In this document: in pieces, positions 8,485-18,011 of the stretch
How the letters are laid out: each line of letters opens with the position of its first letter
Numbering within the stretch: the stretch's first letter is position 1
Origin: an uncultured bacterium
Lineage (GTDB): Bacteria; Actinomycetota; Acidimicrobiia; Spongiisociales; UBA5794
Length of the DNA stretch: 64,000 nucleotides
Assembly: GCA_963801165.1 (NCBI GenBank)
Contig: CAWDDT010000004.1
Span: 288,001 to 352,000, forward strand
Reading direction: 5' to 3'
Translations under genes and position numbers: made by a program
Notes under the pieces: model-generated
The model's database searches: none
What the model was told of the DNA's origin: nothing
The model's input: only the letters and a program-made list of their open reading frames with translations

Positions 8485-9822
8485 CTAAGCCAAAGCCGTG
8501 ACGTCGATACCGTACCCGGGGGCGCCGTGCTCGACCACGTCGAGACCCTCGATCTCCTCGTCCGCAGGGACACGGAGGCCGATCGTCGACTTGAGCGCCC
8601 AGAACAGGATGCCGGTCGTGATGGTGACGAACACGAACACCGAGACGATGCCGACGATCTGGGTCCACAGCAGGCTGAAGCCGTCTCCGTACAGGAGTCC
8701 GCCCCCGTCTCCGTTCGTGGCCAGCAGCCCGACCATGAATGTCCCAAAAGCGCCACACACGCCGTGGACGGATATGGCACCGACGGGATCGTCGACCCCG
8801 CGCCTGTCGATGAAGAACACTGCGAACACAACCAGGATGCCGGCGAGTGTCCCGATGATGAATGCGCCCCAGTTGGACACTGCAGCACACCCGGCGGTGA
8901 TGGCGACCAGACCGGCGAGAACGCCGTTGCCTGCCATGGCCACGTCGGGGAATCCGGTCTTCAGCCAAACGGTGATGACCGCGGCTACCCCACCGGCGCA
9001 GCCGGCGATCAATGTCGTCACCGCGATAGCGGACACGGCCCCGTCGGCGGCGAGTTCCGAGCCGGGGTTGAACCCGAACCATCCGATGAACAGGATGAAC
9101 ACGCCGGTTATGGCGAACGGGATCGAGTGACCGGGGATGGCGTTCGGTTTGCCGTCCTTGTCGTACTTGCCGATACGGGGTCCCAGGATGATGGCGCCCA
9201 TCAGAGCAGCCCAGCCACCGACGCTGTGCACGACCGTCGAGCCGGCAAAGTCGATCATCGGTGTGCTGAGGTTCGACAGCCAGCCGCCGCCCCAGATCCA
9301 ATGGACCACGATCGGGTAGATCAGCGCCGAGATCACAAAGCTGTAGACGAAGTACGACTTGAACTTCGTGCGCTCCGCCATCGCTCCAGACACGATCGTC
9401 GCCGCCGTCGCCGCAAAGGCGACCTGGAATATGAAGAACGTCGGCAGCGTCAACGTGCCGAAGAACCCATCGGAGAAGTAGTTGGTGTTGAGGAACCATC
9501 CGTGGTAGCCGAATATGCCGTTGCCTGTGCTGAAGGCAAGGGCAAATCCGGTGGCGGCGAAAGCCAGCACGCCGACCAGGAAGTCCATCAGGTTCTTCAT
9601 GAAGATATTGGCGACGTTCTTCGCCCTGGTCAGACCGGCCTCCACCATGGCGAAGCCGGCCTGCATGAATATGACCAGCACCGCCGCGATGAGGACCCAG
9701 ATATTGTCCAGGGTGGCCTGGACGGCATCTGCCGTCATCTCCTGTTGGGCGAGTGCTGGAGCGGCCAGTAACAGTGTCGCCAGACCCGCTCCGACGCCTA
9801 CGAACAGCAGTCTCCGCTTCAT
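8485..9822 (-). CDS. amtB: ammonium transporter
   Basis: FMQAGFAMVEAG, DFAGSTVVH, WFGFNPGS, DDPVGAISVHG; start MKRRLLF after an AAGGAG RBS. Confidence 0.95.
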   Translation of the reverse strand: MKRRLLFVGVGAGLATLLLAAPALAQQEMTADAVQATLDNIWVLIAAVLVIFMQAGFAMVEAGLTRAKNVANIFMKNLMDFLVGVLAFAATGFALAFSTGNGIFGYHGWFLNTNYFSDGFFGTLTLPTFFIFQVAFAATAATIVSGAMAERTKFKSYFVYSFVISALIYPIVVHWIWGGGWLSNLSTPMIDFAGSTVVHSVGGWAALMGAIILGPRIGKYDKDGKPNAIPGHSIPFAITGVFILFIGWFGFNPGSELAADGAVSAIAVTTLIAGCAGGVAAVITVWLKTGFPDVAMAGNGVLAGLVAITAGCAAVSNWGAFIIGTLAGILVVFAVFFIDRRGVDDPVGAISVHGVCGAFGTFMVGLLATNGDGGGLLYGDGFSLLWTQIVGIVSVFVFVTITTGILFWALKSTIGLRVPADEEIEGLDVVEHGAPGYGIDVTALA

Positions 9823-9921
9823 TTGTTGTCTCCTTGCCTTTCGGCCTATTAGCGCCCTCTCCCGAGAGCATGTGGACACACACCCTGGGATCAGGTTGCT
9901 CGGAGACGCTAAGTGGCGTTC

Positions 9922-9981
9922 GTTTCCACCAGGAAAACCAGACGTAAACATCCCGTTTCGCTTCGGTAACGGGAGTGTTTC
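9922..9981 (-). promoter_or_regulatory. GlnR-box array upstream of amtB
   Basis: Minus strand GAAAC-n6-GTTAC-n6-GAAAC-n6-TTTAC-n6-TTTTC-n6-GAAAC; matches the GlnR consensus gTnAc-n6-GaAAc. Confidence 0.8.
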
Positions 9982-10003
9982 AGCCTCACCCTCCGGGCGA
10001 GGT

Positions 10004-10028
10004 GTGAGTTCCGCCTTGCGGAACTCAC
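10004..10028 (-). terminator. hairpin downstream of leuD
   Basis: GTGAGTTCCGC-ctt-GCGGAACTCAC, 11-bp stem. Confidence 0.6.
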
Positions 10029-10046
10029 GGGATGCATGGACCGCGT

Positions 10047-10653
10047 CTATCGGGCCAGCGTTGGTTTGAAGCTGAGACGCTTCTCCTCGTAGCCGCCGAT
10101 GGCGTCTTCGTGTTCGAGGGTCGAGCGCGATGTTGTCGAGACCGTTGCGGAGACGGTGCTTGGCGAACGGGTCGATATCGAAATGCGCCTCGAAACCGAT
10201 CGTGGTGACCGTCTGCTCTTCGAGGTCGATGGTGACGAGGTTGTCCGGGTCGCCGGCGATGCCTGTCAGGGTCGCCACCTCCTCGTCGCTCAGCGTGATG
10301 GGGAGGAGCCCGATGTTGATGCAGTTGTTGTAGAAGATGTCGGCGAAGGACGGGGCGATGATTGCCCTGAATCCGCGGTCCTCGATCGACCACGGTGCAT
10401 GCTCCCGTGACGAGCCTGAGCCAAAGTTGGGACCGCTCACAAGCACCTCGGCGGAGGCGTATGCGGCTTGGTTGAGGATGAACTCGGGGATCGGCTCACC
10501 CTCGTCGTCGTACGCCCACTCGAAGAAGAGGAACGGCCCGAAGCCGGTGCGCTCGACCCTTTTCAAGAACTGTTTGGGGATGATGGCGTCGGTGTCGACG
10601 TTGGCGCGGGGCAGCGGCGCCATCTGCCCGGTGATCACCGAGATCGGTTCCAT
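10047..10653 (-). CDS. leuD: 3-isopropylmalate dehydratase small subunit, +1 frameshift near 10123
   Basis: NVDTDAIIPKQFL, NFGSGSSREHAPW; the expected end GLDNIALTLEHEDAIGGYE...* continues in another frame. Confidence 0.9.
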
Positions 10654-10686
10654 TACAGCCACCTCCACGTGCCCATCGTCATGACA

Positions 10687-11175
10687 TCACCGCAGGAAGA
10701 CGAATTGCGTAGGACTCGAACCGAACGCCTCAATGGTGTCTGTCTTCCACGCCAGCACATGTTCGGGTGTGATCCGCCAGAAACGGGACCCTTCCGGACG
10801 GTACGGGTACTTGTCCTCGTACCCGTCGGCGATCACCGTCTGCATTGCCCCGGCGACTGTGACCGCGGACGCCACGCCGCGCACCATGACCTGCATGCCC
10901 TCGTGGTCGATGCCGACGTGGAGGCGGCCGTCACCGTCTGTGAGGTTGCGCGCCCAGCGGGTGTCGTCGCCACCTTCGATGAAGGCGAGGTCCTGCACCC
11001 AAGCTCCCCAAAGGGGGATGAGGTGGGGACCGCCGTCCTGGCCGACCGTCGAGACCCAGTAAACCGAGGCAGCGGCGAGGGCTGCGCTCACGTCGTCCCA
11101 GAGGAGCATTCCTTCTTCGCCGCTGGCGACGCCGTACGACTCGGGAATCCCCGGGCGGCGGCGGGTGATTTTCAT
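10687..11175 (-). CDS. pyridoxamine 5'-phosphate oxidase-like (split barrel) protein
   Basis: [34 protein letters not shown]; ATGA overlap with leuC. Confidence 0.8.
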   Translation of the reverse strand: MKITRRRPGIPESYGVASGEEGMLLWDDVSAALAAASVYWVSTVGQDGGPHLIPLWGAWVQDLAFIEGGDDTRWARNLTDGDGRLHVGIDHEGMQVMVRGVASAVTVAGAMQTVIADGYEDKYPYRPEGSRFWRITPEHVLAWKTDTIEAFGSSPTQFVFLR

Positions 11176-12605
11176 CTCCACTCCCTCACGTCGACGAAAT
11201 GCCCGGCGAGAGCGGCGACAACCGCCATCTCCGGGCTGACCAGATGTGTCCGTCCGTTGCGCCCCTGGCGGCCTTCGAAATTGCGGTTGGAGGTCGAGGC
11301 ACAGCGTTCACCCGGCATGAGGATGTCGGGGTTCATCCCGAGGCACATGGAGCATCCCGGTTCCCGCCATTCGAACCCTGCCTCTTTGAAGATGACGTCG
11401 AGACCTTCTTCTTCAGCCTGGAGCTTCACCAGGCCCGAGCCGGGGACCACCATGGCGTTTACGTCCGGGTGAACTTGCCGGCCCTCGGCCAATCGGGCGC
11501 CTGCCCGCAGGTCTTCGATCCGGCCATTGGTGCACGAGCCGAGGAACACCCGGTCGATCGGGATCTCGGTCATCGGCGTGCCGGGTTCCAGATCCATGTA
11601 GACGAGCGCCCGTGCTGCCGAGTCCCGTTGCAGCGGATCGTCGAACTGGGAGGGGTCGGGTACCGAACCGGTGACAGGCACCGTCTGTGCGGGATTGGTA
11701 CCCCACGAGACGTAGGGGGCCAGATCGGAGGCGTCGATGTCGACCTCAACGTCGAATCGTGCCCCGGGGTCGGTGCGCAGCGTCTCCCAGTATGCGACGG
11801 CGGCGTCCCACTCGTCGCCCTTGGGGGCGAAGTTGCGGCCCTTCAGGTATTCGAAGGTGGTCTGATCCGGAGCGATCATGCCCGCCCGGGCGCCGCCTTC
11901 GATGGACATGTTGCAGATGGTCATCCGTCCCGCCATCGAGAGCGACTCGATGGCCGAGCCTCGATACTCGATGACATATCCGGTGCCTCCGGCGACCCCG
12001 ATACGGCTGATGATGCCGAGGATCACGTCCTTGGCCGTCACGCCCGTCGGGAGGTTCCCGTTGACGTTGACCGCCATCGACCTGGGCTTCGACTGGCCGA
12101 GGGTTTGGGTGGCCAGGACGTGCTCGACCTCGGAGGTGCCGATACCGAAGGCGAGGGCGCCGAACGCCCCGTGGGTCGATGTGTGTGAGTCGCCGCACAC
12201 GATGGTCATCCCCGGCTGGGTGACGCCCTGCTCGGGACCGATGACGTGGACGATGCCCTGACGGATGTCGCTGATGTCGTAGAGCTCGATGCCGTTTTTC
12301 TTGCAGTTGGCGACGAGCGTGTCGATCTGCTTTTTGGACAGCGGGTCTTTGATCCCCAGCGCCCGACCTTCGGTGGGAACGCCGTGGTCGACCGTGGCCA
12401 GAGTCAGATCGGGCCGGCGCACCTTACGATTCGTCAGCTCGAGCGCCTCGAAAGCCTGTGGCGAGGTGACCTCATGGACGAGGTGGAGGTCGATGTAGAG
12501 CAGGTCGGGCTCGGTGTCACCGCCGGAGCGGACGACATGGTCGTCCCAGATTTTCTCGTACATCGTTTTCGGGGTCACCGCTGTCTCCACCATGTGACCG
12601 GTCAC
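11172..12605 (-). CDS. leuC: 3-isopropylmalate dehydratase large subunit
   Basis: [46 protein letters not shown]; exact start uncertain. Confidence 0.97.
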   Translation of the reverse strand: MTGHMVETAVTPKTMYEKIWDDHVVRSGGDTEPDLLYIDLHLVHEVTSPQAFEALELTNRKVRRPDLTLATVDHGVPTEGRALGIKDPLSKKQIDTLVANCKKNGIELYDISDIRQGIVHVIGPEQGVTQPGMTIVCGDSHTSTHGAFGALAFGIGTSEVEHVLATQTLGQSKPRSMAVNVNGNLPTGVTAKDVILGIISRIGVAGGTGYVIEYRGSAIESLSMAGRMTICNMSIEGGARAGMIAPDQTTFEYLKGRNFAPKGDEWDAAVAYWETLRTDPGARFDVEVDIDASDLAPYVSWGTNPAQTVPVTGSVPDPSQFDDPLQRDSAARALVYMDLEPGTPMTEIPIDRVFLGSCTNGRIEDLRAGARLAEGRQVHPDVNAMVVPGSGLVKLQAEEEGLDVIFKEAGFEWREPGCSMCLGMNPDILMPGERCASTSNRNFEGRQGRNGRTHLVSPEMAVVAALAGHFVDVREWR

Positions 12606-12701
12606 TGTAGTCAGGTGGTGTAATTGTCTTCAGCGTCTCGTTGGCGAAAGGGCACGGCGCGGGCCCGGTTCCCGGGTATTGTCGTCGCAGGAGGAGCGCA
12701 A

Positions 12702-13052
12702 ATGGCCGACACGACCGTTGATGAGTACCTGGATGGAGCGCCTGAGCCGCATCGCAGCACGCTCATTGAGCTGCGGGCCGCACTTCGTGAAATCCTTCCC
12801 GACGCCGAGGAGGGCATCTCCTACAGCATTCCCGCGTTCAAAGTCGATGACAGGGCCGTTGCCGGGTACGCCTACTACAAGAACCACTGCAGCTATTTCC
12901 CCCACTCGGGCTCGGTGCTACCCCAACTTGCCGACGAGCTGACCGGTTACACCTGGTCGAAGGGGACCCTCAAGTTCCCGCCGGACCAGCCGCTACCGGT
13001 CGAGCTGGTACGGCGTCTCGTCGATGTGAAGCTGCAACAGATCGGCCTGTGA
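12702..13052 (+). CDS. DUF1801 / YdhG-like protein
   Basis: TVDEYL, EEGISYSIPAF, HCSYFPHS, KGTLKFP; AGGAG RBS. Confidence 0.85.
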   Translation: MADTTVDEYLDGAPEPHRSTLIELRAALREILPDAEEGISYSIPAFKVDDRAVAGYAYYKNHCSYFPHSGSVLPQLADELTGYTWSKGTLKFPPDQPLPVELVRRLVDVKLQQIGL

Positions 13053-13080
13053 CGACGACCCCCGTTACGCTGCCGGTTTC

Positions 13081-13978
13081 ATGGACGACACAGGCAGACA
13101 GAGGCTTGGTATCGCATTTGCCCTGAGCGCAGCGTTGCTGTGGGGGATAAGCGGTGCGGTGGCCGCCGACGCCTTCTCTGCGATCGCCCCGGCCCGGGTT
13201 GCACAGGTCCGGGCCTTGCAGGCGGCGGTGATCCTCGTCCCCTGGGCATGGTGGCGCGGTTTGCTGCGACCGATGGGACAGATGCGGTGGCTGGTCGCGA
13301 TTGGGGTCAACCTCGCCCTGGTGAACGTAACGTTCTACTGGGCTCTCGACCGGCTCGGGGTTGGTCCCGGTGCCACGATCCAGTTCCTCGGCCCGATCCT
13401 CGTGCTCGGGTGGATGGTCGCCGCCCAACACCGACAGGTCACGAACGTCGCCTGGGTGGCCGCGGCGCTGGCAGTTGTGGGGGTGGGCCTGGTGAGCGAG
13501 GCGTGGGACGTCGCCAACGCCGACTGGCGCGGAGTGGCGGCCGGTCTGGCTTCTGCCGTCGCCTTTGCATCGTACCTACTGATCGGTGAGCACCTCGGGA
13601 GGAGTCTGCCGGCGGTCAGCGTGATGGCCTGGGGGTTCGTAGTCGCCTCGGTGTTCTGGGCGATCGTCCAGCCGTGGTGGAGCTTTCCCACCGGCCTGGA
13701 GGCGGCGGTGTGGGGGAAGCTGGTATGGGTCGGTATCGCCGGGACCGCCATCCCGTTCCTGCTCGAGATCGAGCGCGGTGCGCAGGGCACCCTCCGGGAT
13801 TGTCGGTGTGGTCGCCACAGCCGAGCCCGTGATCGGTGCCATCACCGCTTGGTTTCTCCTCGACCAGACCCTGGGTGTGCTTCAGATCGTCGGTGGCCTC
13901 ATGGTGGTGGTGGCGGTGGCCTCGATCCAGCGCTGGGGTCTTCCCCGTCGCGAGGTCCCGTATGAGGCCGCCCGCTGA
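13081..13978 (+). CDS. EamA/DMT transporter, +1 frameshift near 13771
   Basis: Multi-TM, ATIQFLGP; the C-terminus ATAEPVIGAITAWFLLDQTL is in ORF 13778..13978. Confidence 0.85.
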
Positions 13979-13992
13979 TTACGCTGATCCGT

Positions 13993-14592
13993 ATGAAGTC
14001 TCTACTTGCCGTCGCCCTATTGCTGTTGCCCCTCTCGGCCCCATTCGGGGCGGCGTCGGCGACCGCCACTTCCGTCGAGGATGGGCTGCAGCTAGAGGTT
14101 TCCGTCGAGGTGCACGGTGACTTCGTGGCCGTGCTGGTGCGGGGGAGAGGCGAAGGCGGCAGCGACCTTCCCCCGGTGGCGCTCGGAGACAAGGGAGGCG
14201 GGACCTGGGCCGGGATCGTGCAGCTGCCGGTTGTGGACAACATCCTGGTCGGGTTCGAGGCGATCCCCAGTGGGGGCGGCGAGGCGGTCATCTCCGAGCT
14301 GCACAGCCTGACCGAGCTCGGCGTCGATCGTGCGGTGTTCGAAGTGGACAACCCGCAGGCTTCGTTTGGCGAGGACGACAACGCACCATTGGTTTCGCCC
14401 GAGGGGCGCCGCTGGGGATGGCTCGGTCTCGCCGCCGGCGCCGCCGCTTTGACCGTGCTGGCGCTCTGGACGATTGGCTCCGTCCGGGGCGATCGCGATA
14501 GCGAAGACGCCGAAGACGAGGCGGTGGAGGACGAGACCGACGACGAGACCGACGGCGAGACCGAAAATGACAAGCCGTCCACGATCGATTGA
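13993..14592 (+). CDS. secreted/membrane hypothetical protein
   Basis: Signal peptide, C-terminal TM, acidic tail; TACGCT 7 nt before ATG. Confidence 0.7.
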   Translation: MKSLLAVALLLLPLSAPFGAASATATSVEDGLQLEVSVEVHGDFVAVLVRGRGEGGSDLPPVALGDKGGGTWAGIVQLPVVDNILVGFEAIPSGGGEAVISELHSLTELGVDRAVFEVDNPQASFGEDDNAPLVSPEGRRWGWLGLAAGAAALTVLALWTIGSVRGDRDSEDAEDEAVEDETDDETDGETENDKPSTID

Positions 14593-14617
14593 CAAATGGT
14601 CGGGATTCCTCGATAAT
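14589..14617 (+). promoter_or_regulatory. sigma-A-type promoter, leaderless
   Basis: TTGACA-N17-GATAAT, ATG 7 nt downstream. Confidence 0.7.
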
Positions 14618-14624
14618 TTGGCAA

Positions 14625-15209
14625 ATGCCGACGATACCGTCGCCCGACGACAGGCTCCCCACCGGTCTCGACTACGAGGCCGATGAGTTCGCTCATGCGG
14701 AGACTCCGCAGCAACTGAAGGCGCTTGGCAATCAGCTGCGGATGACCATCATGGATCTGCTCAACGAGCGGGCGGCATCGATCACCGAGTTGGCCGAGAC
14801 CCTGAACCGTCCCAAAGGGACGATCGGGTATCACGTCAAGGTGCTGGCGGACGCGGGGTTCATCAGGGTGGTGCGCACCCGCAAGGCGCGGGCAATGACC
14901 GAGAAGTTCTATGGCAGGATCGCACATACGATCGTCTTTCACGGGTCACCCGATAGGGGGAGCAAGATGTTCATGCTCCAGGAAGCGATGGCCGAGGCCG
15001 TCGTCGAAGAGGGCGCTGCATTGCCGGCGACGACTCTGCGACATGTCCGCATGAGCGAGGAGCAGGCCGTCGAGTTCTGGCATCGGGTCCTCACGCTGGC
15101 CATCGAGTTCACCAAGGCACCCCGGGGCGGAGACCGGGTTTACGCGTTTCTCGGTGCCGTCTACCCAACGAACCTGCCCGTGTTGCCGGGAGACAAGGAG
15201 GGAGAATGA
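14625..15209 (+). CDS. ArsR-like winged-helix regulator
   Basis: LKALGNQLRMTIMDLL..SITELAETL..IGYHVKVL. Confidence 0.85.
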   Translation: MPTIPSPDDRLPTGLDYEADEFAHAETPQQLKALGNQLRMTIMDLLNERAASITELAETLNRPKGTIGYHVKVLADAGFIRVVRTRKARAMTEKFYGRIAHTIVFHGSPDRGSKMFMLQEAMAEAVVEEGAALPATTLRHVRMSEEQAVEFWHRVLTLAIEFTKAPRGGDRVYAFLGAVYPTNLPVLPGDKEGE

Positions 15210-16639
15210 CCGAGGGCAAGCAGAAGATCCGGCTCGGGGCGCACTACTGGAAGCTGTGGACCGCAAGCGTCATCTCCAACCTCGGAGACGGCGTCGGGCA
15301 GATCGCCTATCCATGGCTGGCTTCGGCGGTCACCCGCAACGGATTCCTCATCGCCCTCATCGCGATCGCGCAGCGGTTGCCGTGGCTGGTGTTCACGCTG
15401 CCGGCCGGGGTCATCACCGACCGGGTCGATCGGCGCAAGATCATGGTGGGCATGGATGTGTTGCGAACCATCATCACCGCGGTCGTGGCGCTGTTCGTGC
15501 TGGCCAGGCAGGGCGTGTTGCCCACTCCCGATGCCATCGCGTCCGGTATCGAGGTCGCGACAGAGCCCCTGATGTACGTGGTGCTGTTGCTCGCCGCACT
15601 CCTGCTGGGATTCGCCGAGGTGCTGCGGGACAATTCTGCCCAGACAATTCTGCCTGCGATCGTCAAGCCCGAGGCGCTCGAGAAGGCCAACAGCCAGATG
15701 TGGGGTGTGGAGCTCGTCGCAAACAGCTTCATCGGCCCGCCTCTGGGCAGCCTTCTGCTCGGGATCGGTTTTGCGCTTCCGTTCTTCTTCGATGCCGGCT
15801 CGTTCGCCGTCGCCGCCGGGCTGGTCTTCCTGATCACGGGTACCTATCGCAGCCACCAGAAGGAAGAGCTGCCGGAGAAGGTCGACTGGACCGGCGAGAT
15901 CAAGGAGGGCTGGGCCTGGCTGTGGCGTCACCCGCTGCTGCGGCCGATGGCGATCATCCTCGGGCTGATGAACGCGCTGTTTGCGGTGTCGACGGCTACC
16001 TTCGTCCTGTTCGCCCAGGAGGTGCTCCACGTCAGTGCCTTCACCTTTGCCATCCTCGGTACGGGCGGTGCCATCGGCGGGCTGGCGGCGACGTTCTTTG
16101 CCAGCAAAGTGTCGCAGAAGCTCGGCAGCGGGCTGGCGCTGTACCTGACCATGATCGCGGGTGCGGTGACGTCTCTGGTAACCGGTGTGGCCTCGCACTG
16201 GACCATTGTCTGGGCGATGTTCACCGTCGGCACGTTCACCGGCGTGTTGTGGAACGTCATCACGGTGTCGCTGCGGCAGACGATCATCCCGGACCGGCTG
16301 CTGGGCCGGGTCAACAGCGTGTACCGGTTCTTCGCCTGGGGGATGATCCCGATCGGCTCGGCGATCGGGGGTTTGCTGGTAGTGGGTGCGGAGAGCCCCA
16401 TGGGTCGGGAGACGGCTTTGCGGATGCCCTGGTTTGTGGTCACCACCGGCTGGTTGCTGCTGTTCGCCTATGCGGCTCCCAAGCTGACCACGGACAAGAT
16501 CGAGACGGCGCGAGCCGAGGGCATCGCCGCCAGAAAAGCCGCAGGCGAGATCCCCGATGACGGTGAGGTGGCTACCGAGGCCATCGGCGAGGCCGGGATT
16601 GCCGGGGTACCCCCGCCGCTGGAGGATTCGGACGGTTAA
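15206..16639 (+). CDS. MFS transporter (MFS_3 / EntS-like)
   Basis: SNLGDG, GVITDRVDRRK, LRQTIIPDRLLGRV; about 12 TM. Confidence 0.92.
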   Translation: MTEGKQKIRLGAHYWKLWTASVISNLGDGVGQIAYPWLASAVTRNGFLIALIAIAQRLPWLVFTLPAGVITDRVDRRKIMVGMDVLRTIITAVVALFVLARQGVLPTPDAIASGIEVATEPLMYVVLLLAALLLGFAEVLRDNSAQTILPAIVKPEALEKANSQMWGVELVANSFIGPPLGSLLLGIGFALPFFFDAGSFAVAAGLVFLITGTYRSHQKEELPEKVDWTGEIKEGWAWLWRHPLLRPMAIILGLMNALFAVSTATFVLFAQEVLHVSAFTFAILGTGGAIGGLAATFFASKVSQKLGSGLALYLTMIAGAVTSLVTGVASHWTIVWAMFTVGTFTGVLWNVITVSLRQTIIPDRLLGRVNSVYRFFAWGMIPIGSAIGGLLVVGAESPMGRETALRMPWFVVTTGWLLLFAYAAPKLTTDKIETARAEGIAARKAAGEIPDDGEVATEAIGEAGIAGVPPPLEDSDG

Positions 16640-16725
16640 TTGCCACAATCGAGTCCGAAGAGCACTCAGCCGTCCCACAGGGCGGCTGCAGGCGCGTCAG
16701 CGTCCCCGCCATGCGCTCGACCACA

Positions 16726-16838
16726 CTCAGAGACCGGGCCCGTCCCTGAGGACCTGACACGGGAGCTTCTACCGGGGCGTCCGTCCGCAGCCTCCTATGC
16801 TGGCGAGAAGGGCAGGTGATCCCGGCGAGTGGGCTGAG
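16726..16838 (+). ncRNA. candidate structured cis-regulatory leader
   Basis: Nested complementary segments in a 248-nt intergenic region before a purine deaminase; contains GACACGG and TTCTACC. Confidence 0.35.
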
Positions 16839-16887
16839 ACCGCCAGCCAAGGAACCCAGGCAACACGTCCCAAAGGAGCAGCCGCCC

Positions 16888-17898
16888 ATGGAAATGCAGG
16901 ATCTCGTCAACGCGCTCCCGAAGGCCGAGCTGCACCTGCATCTGGAAGGAACGCTCGAGCCGGAGCTGAAGTTCGCCCTGGCGTCGCGCAACAATGTCGA
17001 ACTCCCGTACCCAGACGTCGCCGCGATGCGCGTCGCCTACGACTTCGACGACCTGACGTCATTCCTGGCCCAGTACTACGAAGGGATGGGTGTGCTGCTC
17101 GCCGAGCGAGACTTCTACGACCTAACCATGGCGTATTTCCGACGGGTTGCCGCACAAAACGTCGTGTACGTCGAGATGTTCTTCGACCCCCAGGCGCACA
17201 CCATTCGGGGGATCGACTTTGGAACGGTGATCACGGCGATTAGGCACGCCCAACAAGACGCCCGGGAACAGTACGGGATCGAGTCCAAGCTCATCATGTG
17301 TTTTCTCAGAGACATGTCTGCCGAAAGCGCGGCCGAGCACCTGGCGATGGCTGCCGAATACCGCGACTGGATCGTTGGCGTCGGTCTCGACTCCGATGAG
17401 AAGGGCAATCCGCCCGTCAAGTTCAAGGACGTCTTTGCCACCGCCCGGTCGCAGGGATACAAGCTCACGATGCACTGTGACGTTGACCAGGACGACTCGG
17501 TGACCCACATCTGGCAGTGTCTCAACGACATAGGTGTCGACCGGATCGATCACGGCGTGAATGCACTCGAGGACGACGCTTTGATCGAGGAGATTCACAG
17601 GCGCAAGCTGGGTCTGACGATGTGCCCCATCTCCAACAGTTTCGTCAGCGACGGGACCAAAGCGGATGCGATAAAGACGATGCTCGATAAGAGGATCCTC
17701 GTGACCGTGAACTCCGACGACCCCGCATATTTCCCCGGCTACATGACCGAGAACCTCGTCACCGCCCAGCAAGAGGCCAGCCTCACGGGCGAAGAGATCG
17801 TGCAACTGGTACGCAACGCGTTCACGGCCAGCTGGCTGGATGATGAGGAGAAGGCTCGCTACCTCGAGCAGGTGGACGAGGTCGCGGGAGCGATGTGA
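16888..17898 (+). CDS. add: adenosine/adenine deaminase
   Basis: LPKAELHLHLEG, EMFFDPQAH, RIDHGV, NSDDPAYF; AAGGAG RBS. Confidence 0.93.
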   Translation: MEMQDLVNALPKAELHLHLEGTLEPELKFALASRNNVELPYPDVAAMRVAYDFDDLTSFLAQYYEGMGVLLAERDFYDLTMAYFRRVAAQNVVYVEMFFDPQAHTIRGIDFGTVITAIRHAQQDAREQYGIESKLIMCFLRDMSAESAAEHLAMAAEYRDWIVGVGLDSDEKGNPPVKFKDVFATARSQGYKLTMHCDVDQDDSVTHIWQCLNDIGVDRIDHGVNALEDDALIEEIHRRKLGLTMCPISNSFVSDGTKADAIKTMLDKRILVTVNSDDPAYFPGYMTENLVTAQQEASLTGEEIVQLVRNAFTASWLDDEEKARYLEQVDEVAGAM

Positions 17899-17948
17899 GG
17901 CGTTCGGGCCCACGCAAGAAACTCACACCACGCACCGGCGGAATGGCA

Positions 17949-17975
17949 GGAACCTAACCTGTCCCTGCGAACGTC
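17949..17975 (+). promoter_or_regulatory. ECF sigma-type promoter
   Basis: GGAACC-N17-CGTC ending 36 nt upstream of the macroglobulin ATG. Confidence 0.5.
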
Positions 17976-18011
17976 ATACCTCTGGTACTGCCGGGGAAAG
18001 GGCAACTAGAC

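Noticed and set aside
8485-10668. 727-aa apparent LeuD-AmtB fusion ORF
   Set aside because: Produced by a +1 frameshift near the leuD end. The 'linker' contains a terminator hairpin, GlnR boxes and the amtB RBS.
16826-16870. TPP riboswitch (GGGCTGAGA)
   Set aside because: No downstream ACCTGA...AATGC...GTAGG elements in the right order, and no thiamine gene follows.
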